A stretch of DNA of 64,000 nt, taken from contig NC_043014.1 in NCBI RefSeq assembly GCF_006345805.1, positions 9,114,001 through 9,178,000 on the forward strand, in the 5' to 3' direction. The DNA is from Octopus sinensis. Taxonomy: Eukaryota. The number at the start of each line of letters is the position of its first letter. The stretch's first letter is position 1. The position numbers and the translations under genes were made by a program. Shown in pieces: positions 13,766 through 25,319 of this stretch. The notes under the pieces are model-generated. The model ran no database searches, had not been told where the DNA came from, and saw only the letters and a list, made by a program, of their open reading frames with translations.

Positions 13766-14073
13766 CTAGCAGTATCGCCCGGCGTTGCTCGGGTTTGTAA
13801 GGGAAATAACTATATAAGCATTTTTAGAGAGTTACTTCCCTTATATAACCCGAGCAAAAATCATTAAAAATGCGGAAAAATTATGGTAAATATTTTTTTA
13901 AATCGTGGACTCATCGTAGACGCACGCTAATACCCAGAAGGGCTCGATATGAATGACGACTATAAGATACCCGCTTTTGGTTAAACTGCACCGCAAAATG
14001 TGGGAGTAGTTAGGAATCTAAACGGATGAGACAGAGTCTCACACACACAACTTCAATTTTATATATAAAGAGA
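13766..14073 (-). mobile_element. Non-autonomous Helitron
   Basis: On minus strand: 5' TC(tctttatatataaa), 3' hairpin cccgagcaacgccggg then CTAG, inserted between A and T; second copy at 45359. Confidence 0.8.
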
Positions 14074-15071
14074 TTTTGGCAAGGCACATTTAGTGCGTAG
14101 GATGTTCGGCTCACGATTGCCTGGTCGTGCGTTTAAACGTTGCTCCAGCCCACTCAGATGGCAAAAATGAGTTGTATCTGTTATTCTAAGGGTCATTCTG
14201 TTTCACACTGAGTCTCCCTGAGAACGTTAGCGGTACGTATGTCTGTGGAATGCTCAGTCACCTGCATGTTAACGGATGGACTTGAACACTTGTCTTCGTA
14301 CCGACGGAGTACCAGTTCTTTTTTTAGTATTTTTAGACACTAGTATAATGCCATGTCAGAAACCGAACACGATCTGTGGTTCTCTAGGGCAAACTTTTTT
14401 TCGGTAATTTTGTTCATTTGATTATCTTATCATCTCGTTCGGAATTAGCATACTAAATAAATAACTGAACGTCATTATTATTTTAATTAATGACTTTTGG
14501 AAAACACAGGTAATTGTTGAAGACAGGTAGCAAATGCCTACACACGGTTTCTTTATTAGTCACAAGGGCCTAAACATAGAGGGGACAAACAAGGACAGAC
14601 AGTACACCACAGAGGGTACAATACTTAGACCGAATATGATGAGATGATTATACAATAATGGGGTTATGAATGGCTGCATGCGCCCCTCATCACATGCATT
14701 AACATTAATATTTTTAAACTGTCCGTTTTTATCATGTATTTAACTAACACTTAATTATCGTCTACCATTACAATTATTTGAACCGTTATGTACGTTCTAT
14801 AAAATTCTTCTATTTTCTGATATTATTAAACATAACATAAAACACTGTTTCTTTTTCCTTTTTTCTCCTTTTTCTTTTTCCTGTGGATTTGACATATTTA
14901 CTTTTTAGTAATATTTCATTAGTGGTTCGATTTCTACTAATTCCACTACTGGTGGCAATTCTTTGAATTCCACCCTTACTCCTGATGGGTCAACATTATC
15001 TCCACACATTTCTTGCAGTCTCTTATAACTTTCCTCTTCAATTACTATCGCCTTCATGTTCTCTGCATATA

Positions 15072-15432
15072 CTCTTTTACTTGTTTCAGTCATTTGACTG
15101 CGGCCATGCTGGAGCACCGCCTTTAGTCGAGCAAATCAACCCCGGGACTTATTCTATCGGTCTCTTTTGCCGAACCGCTAAGTGACGGGGACGTAAACAC
15201 ACCAGCATCGGTTGTCAAGCAATGCTAGGGGGACAAACACAGACACACAAACATATACACACACACTTATATATATATATATACATATATACGACAGGCT
15301 TCTTTCAGTTTCCGTCTACCAAATCCACTCACAAGGCTTTGGTCGGCCCGAGGCTATAGCAGAAGACACTTGCCCAAGATGCCATGCAGTGGGACTGAAC
15401 CCGGAACCATGTGGTTGGTAAGCAAGCTACTT
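15072..15432 (-). mobile_element. SINE-B, 3' part; its 5' end lies at 16944-16978, split by the gag-only element
   Basis: SINE-B sequence resumes exactly after the duplicated agcaagctactt. Confidence 0.85.
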
Positions 15433-16943
15433 TATTTCAACTATTTTGCCATAAAGGCATTACATAGGGGGACACTACAAAAACATGTGGGGACATATAA
15501 CAATTAAAAATAAATGGTACTGTGAGTGACATGAAAATGAACGTGAGAAAATAAATTAAGTTTATGATAACATGCATGATATCTGAAAATGAAGTATGAA
15601 ATATGACGAGTGCTGCTCTCTCACCCCCTTTGAGCACACACCACTCGCTGCCTTTGAGTCTGAATTCTTCTCTAATCTCTGGTCTAGTCCTTCTTTTTCC
15701 ATTCTCGCTATCACTTAAAGACAACTTTCTTTCGCAACCTTTTTCACCGGGGGAGGGGTTTTCTGAATTCTGTGGTGTCTGCTCTTTTTTCTTTTTCTTT
15801 TTTCTTGTGGGGAAAGGGAGTGGGTGGGTCTGGTGTCTGTATGGGGCGGGTGGGTCTGAGTGGTCTTGGGTGGGATGGAGTTGGACTGGGGTACCATTTC
15901 ACACTCAGTGTTCTTTCTTTTCTTCCTCTTCTTACTTCTGCTCTTGCTACTATCCATCTCTTCCTCCTTTCGTCCGTCTTTGTCTTCGTCCTCTTTTTTC
16001 TTCTTTGTCTCCGCAACTGGTTCATCTATTTTTTCCCCTTTTTTCTTCTTAGGGGGCAGTGTGCTCTTTTCTTCTGTAGGGGGCAGTGTGCTCTAATGTG
16101 GCCTTTTTGGCCACATATAAAGCACCGCGGGGTTCTGCCTTCTACCCATACTCTCAGTACCATTTCTCCCACTGACACCGTTTCCGCCAAATTTTCCAGC
16201 TCCTTCGCCTCCGCTTGTATGGTCATTTCCAGTAGTTTTCCTTTGTAACTTCTTTCCTCTGTCTCTGTGGCTTGGAGGACAGTCAACCTCCTCACTTCCA
16301 ACGAGGACGGCTGCCGCAACCCAAGCCACCTTTATGTCAGGTGGAATTCCTTCTACCCTCACCTTAGAATTTTTTCCTTCCAAGATAAGAGGGTAGAAGC
16401 AGCAGTTCCTCAGCTTTTACGGTTGCACTTGCCAGCCTTCTCGCCTCCTCCTCTGTTTTAAACTGGACAACCACCGTCCCATATCCGCTTCCGTTTGCTA
16501 TGTATGTTACTTCGTTCGAAAGCCCCTTGAGAGCTTTTTCTATTTTTTCCATATTCATCTGCTCCACTCTCCTACTCTCCACTGAGTGCACCTTGTAGGT
16601 GATGGTTTTTCTTTCCATATTCATCATGACCGTTTTCGGGGGTAGTAACTTTACGTCACTTCCCACCTTCTGTGTCATCTTATACAGCTCCTTCAGTTCA
16701 GTCAGGTCCACTTCCTTTCTCTTCACTCCCGCCGGTCAGCGCAGCAACTCTTCATTTTCTCCAAATGTTGGTCCATCCTGTTCACCGCCTTAACGAGCTC
16801 CTCCGCAGATGTGGACAGCTCGTACTCGCTAAGGTCCGAATACATTATTTTCCACTCGCCAACAAACCGCTGGCGAGCAGCTCAAAGGATTCTGTCCGCC
16901 TAGTCAAAACTTGACACAGTAAACAACTCGACGCATGCGCGTT
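15433..16943 (-). mobile_element. gag/ORF1-only retroposon, copy 1 (~1.5 kb, 12-bp TSD)
   Basis: TSD agcaagctactt at 15421-15432 and 16944-16955; no RT or endonuclease between the TSDs; ends ...gcc tttat ggc aaaatagttgaaata. Confidence 0.85.
15437..16845 (-). pseudogene. Frameshifted ORF1/gag-like protein (RRM-like region + CCHC knuckle RCFICGQKGHIRAHC)
   Basis: Segments in different frames (MYSDLSEYELSTSAEELVKAVNRMD; 16364-16726; 16093-16383; 16026-16319; 15437-15724) are colinear with the copy 3 protein. 24-bp duplication RAHCPL at ~16053-16094. Confidence 0.8.
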
Positions 16944-17359
16944 AGCAAGCTACTTACCACACAGCCACTCCTGCGCCTTATATATGTATGCTAGTACTTT
17001 CACTCTTACTATTTGATTAAACTTGGGTATTTTCTTCCCTGTTTCTACATTCTTCGGGTAGGTTACGTAATATCATACACCATTTCCTCTTTTATTTTCT
17101 TTCTTTATTTTGACTTTTCTCTTCTCTCTTTTCGTCCTCGACACTAAACACTCTCCATCTCTTCTTTGCCCAGCTGAATTTCCGAATCCTTTCCCACCGG
17201 ACCAACTGGGATCTTTACTTGTAGCTCCACTTTCTTTTTACTTTCTTTCTCTGTCACCCTCTTAGCTTCCTTCCTGATGACCTCCTTCACAGTTTCTTTC
17301 CTCATATCTTCTCTCTTCTTTTTCTGTTTCTCTGGCCAAGAACCTATCCCTCTCCTCCT

Positions 17360-17755
17360 CTCTTTTATTCTTTTACTTGTTTCAGTCATGTGACTGCGGC
17401 CATGTTGGAGCACCGCCTTTAGTCGAGCAAATCGACCCCGGGACTTCTTTGTAAGCCCAGTACTTATTCTATCGGTCACTTTTTGCCGAACCGCTGATTT
17501 ACGGGGACGTAAACACACCAGCATCGGTTGTCAAGCAATGCTAGAGGGACAAACACAGACACACAAACATACATATATATAATATATACATATATACGAC
17601 AGGCTTCTTTCAGTTTCCGTCTACCAAATCCACTCGCAAGGCATTGGCCGGCCCAGGGCTATAGCAGAAGACACTTGCCCAAGATGCCACGCAGTGGGAC
17701 TGAACCCGGAACCATGTGGTTGGTAAGCAATCTACTTACCACATAGCCACTCCTG
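17360..17755 (-). mobile_element. SINE-B inserted in gag copy 2
   Basis: Consensus match; probable aataaa TSD. Confidence 0.85.
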
Positions 17756-18033
17756 TTTATTATTTTTTTTTTTACAATAGTTGTATCATCATCTGCTTCC
17801 TTTGTCTCGACTTGTTCTACCTGGTCCCCGCTCTCTTGTCTCTCCACCTGCTCCGCTTGTTGCTTTTTCTGGGTGCACCATACCTTCATGTGGCCCTTAT
17901 CACCACATCCACAACATATAGGCGGCCTGCCCTCTACCTCCATTCTCAATGCAAAGCCGTCAGGCAGCACTATCTCTTCCGCAATCCCATTTAAGTCGTC
18001 CACTGTTGCCTGGATAGGAAGCTCTATCCTATA

Positions 18034-18207
18034 TAGGCGCAGGAGTGGCTGTGTGGTAAGTAGCTCGCTAACCAACCACATGGTTTCGGGTTCAGTCCCA
18101 CTGCGTGGCATCTTGGGCAAGTGTCTTCTGCTATAGCCCCGGGCCGACCAATGCCTTGTGAGTGGATTTGGTAGACGGAAACTGAAAGAAGCCTGTCGTA
18201 TATATGT

Positions 18208-18281
<74 letters not shown>

Positions 18282-18507
18282 ATGTGTGTGTTTGTGTGTC
18301 TGTGTTTGTCCCCCTAGCATTGCTTGACAACCGATGCTGGTGTGTCTACGTCCCCGCCACCTAGCGGTTCGGCAAAAGAGACCGATAGAATAAGTACTGG
18401 GCTTACAACGAATAAGTTCCGGGGTCGATTTGATCGACTAAAGGCGGTGCTCCAGCATGGCCGCAGTCAAATGACTGAAACAAGTAAAAGAGTAAAAGAG
18501 TAAAGAG
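18034..18507 (+). mobile_element. SINE-B inserted in gag copy 2
   Basis: Full consensus from ggcgcaggagtggc to the gagtaaaa tail. Confidence 0.85.
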
Positions 18508-18843
18508 TATATCCCCAGTAGTCGACCTTGTTGGTTCCAGGCAGCAAATGTCTACACACTTTTTGTAATAAATCATGATTCTTTCATGTTTCCCCTTCGT
18601 TGGCTCTCTCTGCTGTACCTCACCCCTCTTTACCTCTGTTGCTAGTAATCTCGTCTCTGCTTGCCCTTCCTTCTCACTCATGTCTCGACACTGATTTCTT
18701 TATTACCCACCAGGGGGCGACGTAGAGTGGGACACTACAAAACATTGGGGACATAGAACATAACAATTAAAATTATGAAGAATGAATTTTTAGATGAAAA
18801 AATGATAATATGAAAGCGATGCTAACGGCCCCATCCGTCAGCA

Positions 18844-20203
18844 TCACTTACCTGTCCTTTGGTTTTCACTTTCACTCAGATGTTCATTCCCAATACGAAG
18901 ACCATCCATATCCATTCTTACTCCGAAATACTCCTCCATATTTTCCACGAATTCATCGCTCATTCTTGTGTCTTTCACCTCCCAATTCTCCCTTTCACAC
19001 CTCGACATAAACTCATCTATTCTCTTCTTTTCAATCACTGCATACCTGGTCTCGCCTATTTCATACCATTTATACTCCTCCATTACCCTTTTAACTTCCT
19101 TCTCTTCCGTCATAGTATAAATGTTCGGTATGGGTTCGTTTTCTATGTGTTGTTTTTGCGTGTTCTTTTTTTTGTTTTCTTGTTGGAGGGGAGCGGGTGG
19201 TTTCACTGTCTGCAGGGAATGGGTGGGACTCAGAGGGTGTGGGTGGTGTTGGGGTTCAATATTGTTCGGTCTTCTTCCTCTCTTTCTTTTTCTCCTCTCC
19301 TCGACCCATTCGTTTTGGTCTTCCTCTCCTGTTGTTTCACACTCTGCCTGCTCTTTGTTTTCTTTCTCTCCTTGTATCTCCGTAACGGTTTCCTTGGGGG
19401 TGGGGGAGGGCAGAAAGCTCTTATGTGGCCCCTCAGACCACACTTATAGTACCTTGGTGCGCTGCCATCCACCCACACTCTCATGACGATGTTTCCTATA
19501 TAAATATTATCTGCTATCCTTTTAATTATCTCCTCCTCTGCTTGAATACTTATTTCCAGCGTTTTTCCATGCCATCCTTCGCTCTTTACGGTGGCCTGTA
19601 GTATGTCCACCTCCTCTTCTAAGTCCTTTATCACTGCTGCTGTGACCCATTCTCCTTCTATGTGGGGAGGGGTATCCCCTCCACCCTTATCCTCGTTGTT
19701 CTTTTATTCTTGTATGTTGGTAGCATATATACTTTATCTGTTTTTAACGATTTAGCCGCCATCCTTCTCGCTATACTTTTACTACCAAACTGTACCACAA
19801 TTGTTCCGTATTCCATTCCTCTTGCTACGTACACAACTTCCTCCTCCACTCTTTTTAATGCCTCCTCTATGTCTTCCATCTTTACTGTTTCCACTATTTT
19901 GTTGTCTTTGACGAATGTTCTATATTTTATTACTCTTTCTTCGAACCATTGGCTCCGCTTTTCTGGCGGTAGTAGTTTTACTTCACCTCCCTCCTTTGTC
20001 ATATAGGCTTGATAGCCTGGTAGCTTTTCCAGGTCTATCTCTTTATCTCCTGTTTTTCTTGCAGCTCCCGCATATGTCTTCCCGGGCTTTACGTCCATCT
20101 TCTTTACGGCATCCATCAATTCGTCCTCGGAGGTCGACACCTCCGATAGACTTACGAACAGTCTTTCCTCGTGCGTCTCTCCCATTAGGGAGGGGCGGTC
20201 CAT
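18844..20203 (-). pseudogene. Near-intact ~450-aa ORF1/gag-like protein with two frameshifts
   Basis: ORF pieces 19658-20203, 19230-~19660 and 18844-~19400 join at two C-rich runs. Has KTYAGAA motif, RRM-like region, and knuckle RYYKCGLRGHIRAFC (first Cys replaced by Tyr). Confidence 0.8.
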
Positions 20204-20271
20204 TACTCTATGTCTGTCTCAATAGACAGACACCGGCCGACAGCCCAACAACAGTGCGACAAGGTCGCGCG

Positions 20272-20350
20272 TATAACAAAACGTAAAAAATCCGAATAAC
20301 AAAACGTAAAAAATCCGTATAACAAAACGTAAAAAATCCGTATAACAAAA
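20272..20350 (-). repeat. 3.4 x 23-bp tandem repeat in the 5' UTR of gag copy 3
   Basis: tataacaaaacgtaaaaaatccg at 20272, 20295, 20318, partial at 20341. Confidence 0.9.
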
Positions 20351-20634
20351 AGGTACAGTTCAACAATAAATCCAAACAACAAAATATCAATAACTCACGC
20401 GATAGTCATGTCTCGACACTCTGTCTTCAAAAAATTCTATGTCGATTTAAATCCTATTTAAAAATAAATACTGGTATTCATATAATGGACTAAACCACGC
20501 CAATGGAATGCCCCAACATAACCGCAGTCTAAAGGTCAAAGTTCGTAAAAGAATAAAGTTACATGCAACTTTTGAAAATATTTTCCCCTTTTATCATATC
20601 TCTTTTTGTCTTATCCTTTTTTCTTTTTTTTTTT

Positions 20635-21018
20635 GGAAGCACTCCGTCGGTTACGACGACGAGGGTTCCGGTTGATCCGAATCAACGGAACAGCCTGCTC
20701 GTGAAATTAACGTGTAAGTGGCTGAGCACTCCACAGACACGTGTACCCTTAACGTAGTTCTCGGGGATATTCAGCGTGACACAGAGAGTGACAAGGCCGA
20801 CCCTTTGAAATACAGGTACAACAGAAACTGGAAGTAAGAGTGAGAGAAAGTTGTGGTGAAAGAGTACAGCAGGGATCACCACCATCCCTTGCCGGAACCT
20901 CGTAGAGGCTTTAGGTGTTTTCGCTCAATAAACACTCACAAGGTCCGGTCTGGGAATCGAAACCGCGATCCTATGACCGCGAGTCCGCTGCCCTAACCAC
21001 TGGGCCATTGCGCCTCCA
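20635..21018 (-). mobile_element. SINE-C (tRNA head ggaggcgcaatggcccagtggttagg), tail type 1
   Basis: Near-identical copy at 43453-43836; A/B boxes present. Confidence 0.85.
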
Positions 21019-21253
21019 CTTTGTCGTATCCTTTACTTGATTGAGTGATTATATTGTGGCCATGTTGGGGCACCGCATTCGAGAATGCTTATCTGAATGT
21101 ACCGATCTCCAATACTTTTTTGCAGCCGATCTCTTTTACCGAAGACTGCTAAACTATAAGGAGGTAAAGGAACCAAACAGCAGTTGTTAAGCGTTGGTGG
21201 GCAACCATGTGGATAGGAAACAAACATTTTACCACACAGCCTCACCTGCGGAC

Positions 21254-21360
<107 letters not shown>

Positions 21361-22148
21361 CATACACACACGACGGACTTCTTTCAGTTTCCGCCAAACA
21401 AATTCCACGCAAAAGGCTTCGGTCGGTCCGAGGTTATTGTAGAAGACACTTGTCCAGGGTGCAACGCACTGGGGCTGAACACGGAATCATGTCGCTGGAA
21501 ATCAAACTCCTTACCACAAAGCCACGGCCTGCGCCTACGATCTCAAACGAAACCATTTGCGAGGGAGAACATAAACTCAAAGTAATAAAAACAGCAACGC
21601 TGTTTTGTTCATTAATAACGGGCCTTTTGATTTAACCTTGATGGGAAATTGATAAAATGCCTTAATGGTGGAACGGAATCTAATCAGTGTAGTCATGTGT
21701 ATAATACTATAAAAGTAATTTAATCTTTAATTTATTCGCTATTCATTACAGTATGGATATTTTATGGTTCCAATTACAAGCATTTATTAAAACACGGTTG
21801 GCGTTTAATTTAACAAACATAAATCGTTCTATGTATGTAATGTACCTTTTTTTTTCTTGCTTAAATACTGAAAAAACAAAGCAATTACTCGTATACCTAT
21901 CTGCAAGTGTTCCTGTACGTGGTTGTTAGAAACAGCAGTCATGTCTTATTTATATTACCTGTTACCCTATTTAGAAACGGAAATCTTTGCTCGGATGAGA
22001 GGTAAGAAGTTTGCTTCCCAACCATATTATTCCGCGTTTAGTCACGCTTCGTGGTACCTTGGACTAGCTTCTTCTAACAAAGCGACGGACCGACCAAAGC
22101 TTTGTGAATGGTTTTGGTTTTGGCAGAAAGAAACTGAAACAAGACTGT

Positions 22149-22201
<53 letters not shown>

Positions 22202-22385
22202 TACAAAATTAGAAAATGGAGAAACATACTTAAATCAATCAAATATCAACCATCAGATGATACCCAATCAATACTTTATACACCATTACATAACAGTAAA
22301 GGCATTATACAAAATATATAGTAAATATAATTAGACAATGAAATAGACATATAAATATAAAAATATAATATATAATTATATCATA

Positions 22386-22496
22386 TCTGACAGCTGTTTC
22401 GGCCGTAAGGGCAAGCATACCTCATTTAACCTATAAGCCATATAAGGCAGGTATAAATGAGACATTAACAAGGATGCCCCACGGCCTCTTCAGAGA
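22386..22496 (-). ncRNA. Hammerhead ribozyme with intact core and extended stem II (Penelope type)
   Basis: tct-CTGAAGA-ggccgt...acggcc-GAAAC-agct-GTC-aga; palindromic loop III AGCT; long internal hairpin. Confidence 0.8.
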
Positions 22497-22962
22497 ATTT
22501 GATTTATTATAAGTGTGAAAAAAAAAATTTTTATACATATAAATATAAAAATATAAAATATAAAAACGTGTGCATAGACACTCATAATACTACACACATA
22601 TATATATATATATATACTCATTAATACAATAATACAAAATAAACAAAACAAAATATATCAATATATATTAACAAACACAGTTATTCTACATATTGGGCTA
22701 CTAGTTCTAAAAACTAACACACAGGAAAATATATGCACACTCACATCTAAATTAAAATTAGACCTATACATGGAAAATAATTAAAAAACACACAGTTCAG
22801 TTCATAAAAATATAAACCTGTAAAAGTCAATAAAAATTACTATGAATATTATAATAATATAATAATATAATATAATATAATAATAATAATATAATAATAA
22901 TAGATACAATTATGTCTGTACCAAGTACATCCATCGGACATCGACATAATATATATCTATCT

Positions 22963-23002
<40 letters not shown>

Positions 23003-23005
<3 letters not shown>

Positions 23006-23298
23006 ATAAAAATGGTGAGACAACAAAAGAATGAAAGAGAACTCGATATTATGTAAATAGAAGAATTTATCAGTAAATGTAAAATGTGACAATTATTCGG
23101 TAGCCATGATAAAACTCCGAGTTTCGGATTCAGAGGTGGAAATTCAGGCCGCCAGCGCTTCAGTTATCCGGCCATCATTTTTCATAGCATTTATTCCGAT
23201 GGCTGGATAACTGAAGAGATAGCGGCCTGAATTTCCACCTCGGCATCCGAAACTCGGCGTTTTATCATGGTTACCGAATAATTGTCATATATTACATT

Positions 23299-23301
<3 letters not shown>
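23003..23301. mobile_element. Inverted pair of hammerhead-containing pLTR-like repeats
   Basis: Arms 23073-23176 and 23198-23301; hammerhead motifs at 23108-23168 (-) and 23207-23267 (+). Confidence 0.75.
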
Positions 23302-23360
<59 letters not shown>

Positions 23361-23447
23361 AAGGGTAAGTTAGGAAAATAAACAAAAGACGAAGGCAGGT
23401 GAGTACAAACAAACAAATGTATTAGTATAGCGCTCAGGAATAAAAAG

Positions 23448-23485
23448 TCTTTTACGTTTCGAGCCTACGCTCTTCGACAGAAAGA
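23448..23485 (-). ncRNA. Variant ultra-minimal hammerhead-like motif
   Basis: tcttt-CTGTCGA-agagcgtaggctc-GAAAC-GTA-aaaga; A6 replaced by U; no loop III. Confidence 0.4.
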
Positions 23486-23564
23486 TACACAGAAAAAACA
23501 AGGAGAGAAACAAAGAGACAAAAAATATGCGTATAGGAGCTAACGATCTATCATATATATATAT

Positions 23565-23610
<46 letters not shown>

Positions 23611-24050
23611 TGTTTGTATGTATGTATGTATGTATGTATGTGTGTGTGTTCTTGAATCTGTATCTGTCCCCATCACCGCTTCCCACCCGGCGTTGATAGA
23701 TTTACGCCTTAGTAATATAGCGGTTCGGCGAAAGAGCCCGATAGAATAAGTGCTAAACCGAAAACGAATCAAGTCCTGGAGTCGATTCATTCGACTGAAT
23801 TTTCCTCAAAATGGTGGCCCAAAATGGCTGCCGTCTAACGAGTGAAAGATGTAAAAGATAGCATCTGGGAAAACAATACTGTAATATGATTGGTTCGTCA
23901 TGGTTTGTTGAAGTCTGATAACCCCGCCTCCAGCCGGTCAGTGCAACACACGGTCCGAACAAGAAAAGCTATTGCGACAAATACACACATATTTATGTCG
24001 ATAGGTGTAAGAGAATACATGTCTGTATGCATGTCGGTATGTGTGTAGAA

Positions 24051-24644
24051 ACGAGCTGGCAGAAACGTTAGCACGCCGGGCGAAATGCTTAGCGGTATTT
24101 CGTCTGTCTTTACGTTCTGAGTTCAAATTCCGCCGAGGTCGACTTTGCCTTTCATCCTCTCGGGGTCGATAAATTAAGTACCAGTTACGCACTGGGGTCG
24201 ATGTAATCGACTTAATACCTATGTCTGTCCTTGTTTGTCCCCTCTGTGTTTAGCCCCTTGTGGGTAGTAAAGAAATAGGTATTTCGTCTGCCGTTACGTT
24301 CTGAGATCAATTTACGCCGAGGTCGACTTTGCCATTCATCCATTCGGGGTCGATAAATTAAGTACCAGTTACGTACTGGGTCGATGTAATCGACTTAATG
24401 CCTATGCCTGTCCATGTTTGTCTCCTCTGTGTTTAGCCCCTTGTGGGTAATAAAGAAATAGGTATTTCGTCTGCCGTTACGTTCTGAGTTCAAATTCCGC
24501 CGAGGTCGACTTTGCTTTTCATCCTTTCGGGGTCGATAAATTAAGTACCAGTTACGCACTGGGGTCGATGCAATCGACTTAATCCGTTTGTCTGTCCTTG
24601 TTTGTCCTCTCTACCTTTAGCCCCTTGTGGGTAGTAAAGAAATA
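24051..24644 (+). repeat. SINE-A head-to-tail trimer
   Basis: Junction aaagaaata|ggtatttcg at 24278 and 24461 (183-bp period). Confidence 0.9.
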
Positions 24645-25319
24645 GGTATATGTGTACTTTAGTTTGGTTTCGTGTATGTGCCATTAATTAATGATGGCAA
24701 TCGGAAACTGAAATTTAATGATTGAGACAATCGCTAGGTGGTGCATAGTGTTAATGCATATTTCTTAATATTGAAATTCCTAGCGGTACCGCAAGAATTC
24801 TGTTCAGGTGTAGCAATGGTCTATAATGAGAGTGACGTCATTATTTTAGATGACGTCCATCAAGCGACAATTTATTCATCGGTCGACAACTGACACCACA
24901 CAACCGCAATGCCACTGCACGCACGCACACACATCTACACATACACACACACACAAACACACACCCAGATAATTGCATTCCAGAACTTTCCAGACTTTTT
25001 CAAGAGAGATAATTATTCACCTGAAAGAAGTACACTACTCTAATTTCCTTCAAAGTAGGATCGTCTGCCTTCAATGAAATTGCCGTGAACCATCCACTTC
25101 CTGAAGGCCCCATGGCAGTCCCCAATATGAAGATGCCAACGACACATCATAGCTTCTTTCATCATCTTCAAAACAGCTGTCCCTGAAGTTCTCCTCCAGT
25201 TTGGGGAACAATTGAAAGTCAAAGCGAGCAACGCATGGATTATACGGATGGTGAAAGAGGCGTTTCTGATACCCATCTCCGTCAAATATTTGGTTACCAC
25301 TGTTCTCGTTACAGAGCAA

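Larger units (their letters stand above)
17000..18692 (-). pseudogene. gag/ORF1-like element, copy 2 (older, internally deleted, two SINE-B insertions)
   Basis: IELPIQA..IAEEIVLPDGFALRMEVEGRPPICCGCGDKGHMKVWC aligns with copies 1 and 3; removing the SINE at 17360-17755 restores IVKKKIIKERRRGIGSW. Outer boundaries uncertain. Confidence 0.7.
18693..20405 (-). mobile_element. gag/ORF1-only retroposon, copy 3 (1713 bp, 15-bp TSD)
   Basis: TSD tcatgtctcgacact at 18678-18692 and 20406-20420; single ORF; 3' end ggtgggtaataaagaaatc. Confidence 0.9.

Noticed and set aside
18034-18110. tRNA genes at SINE heads
   Set aside because: A/B boxes are present, but there is no complete cloverleaf and each continues into a SINE body.
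15603-19486. Plus-strand hydrophobic ORFs (149, 158, 196 aa) overlapping the gag elements
   Set aside because: Antisense shadows of purine-rich K/E/R coding sequence.
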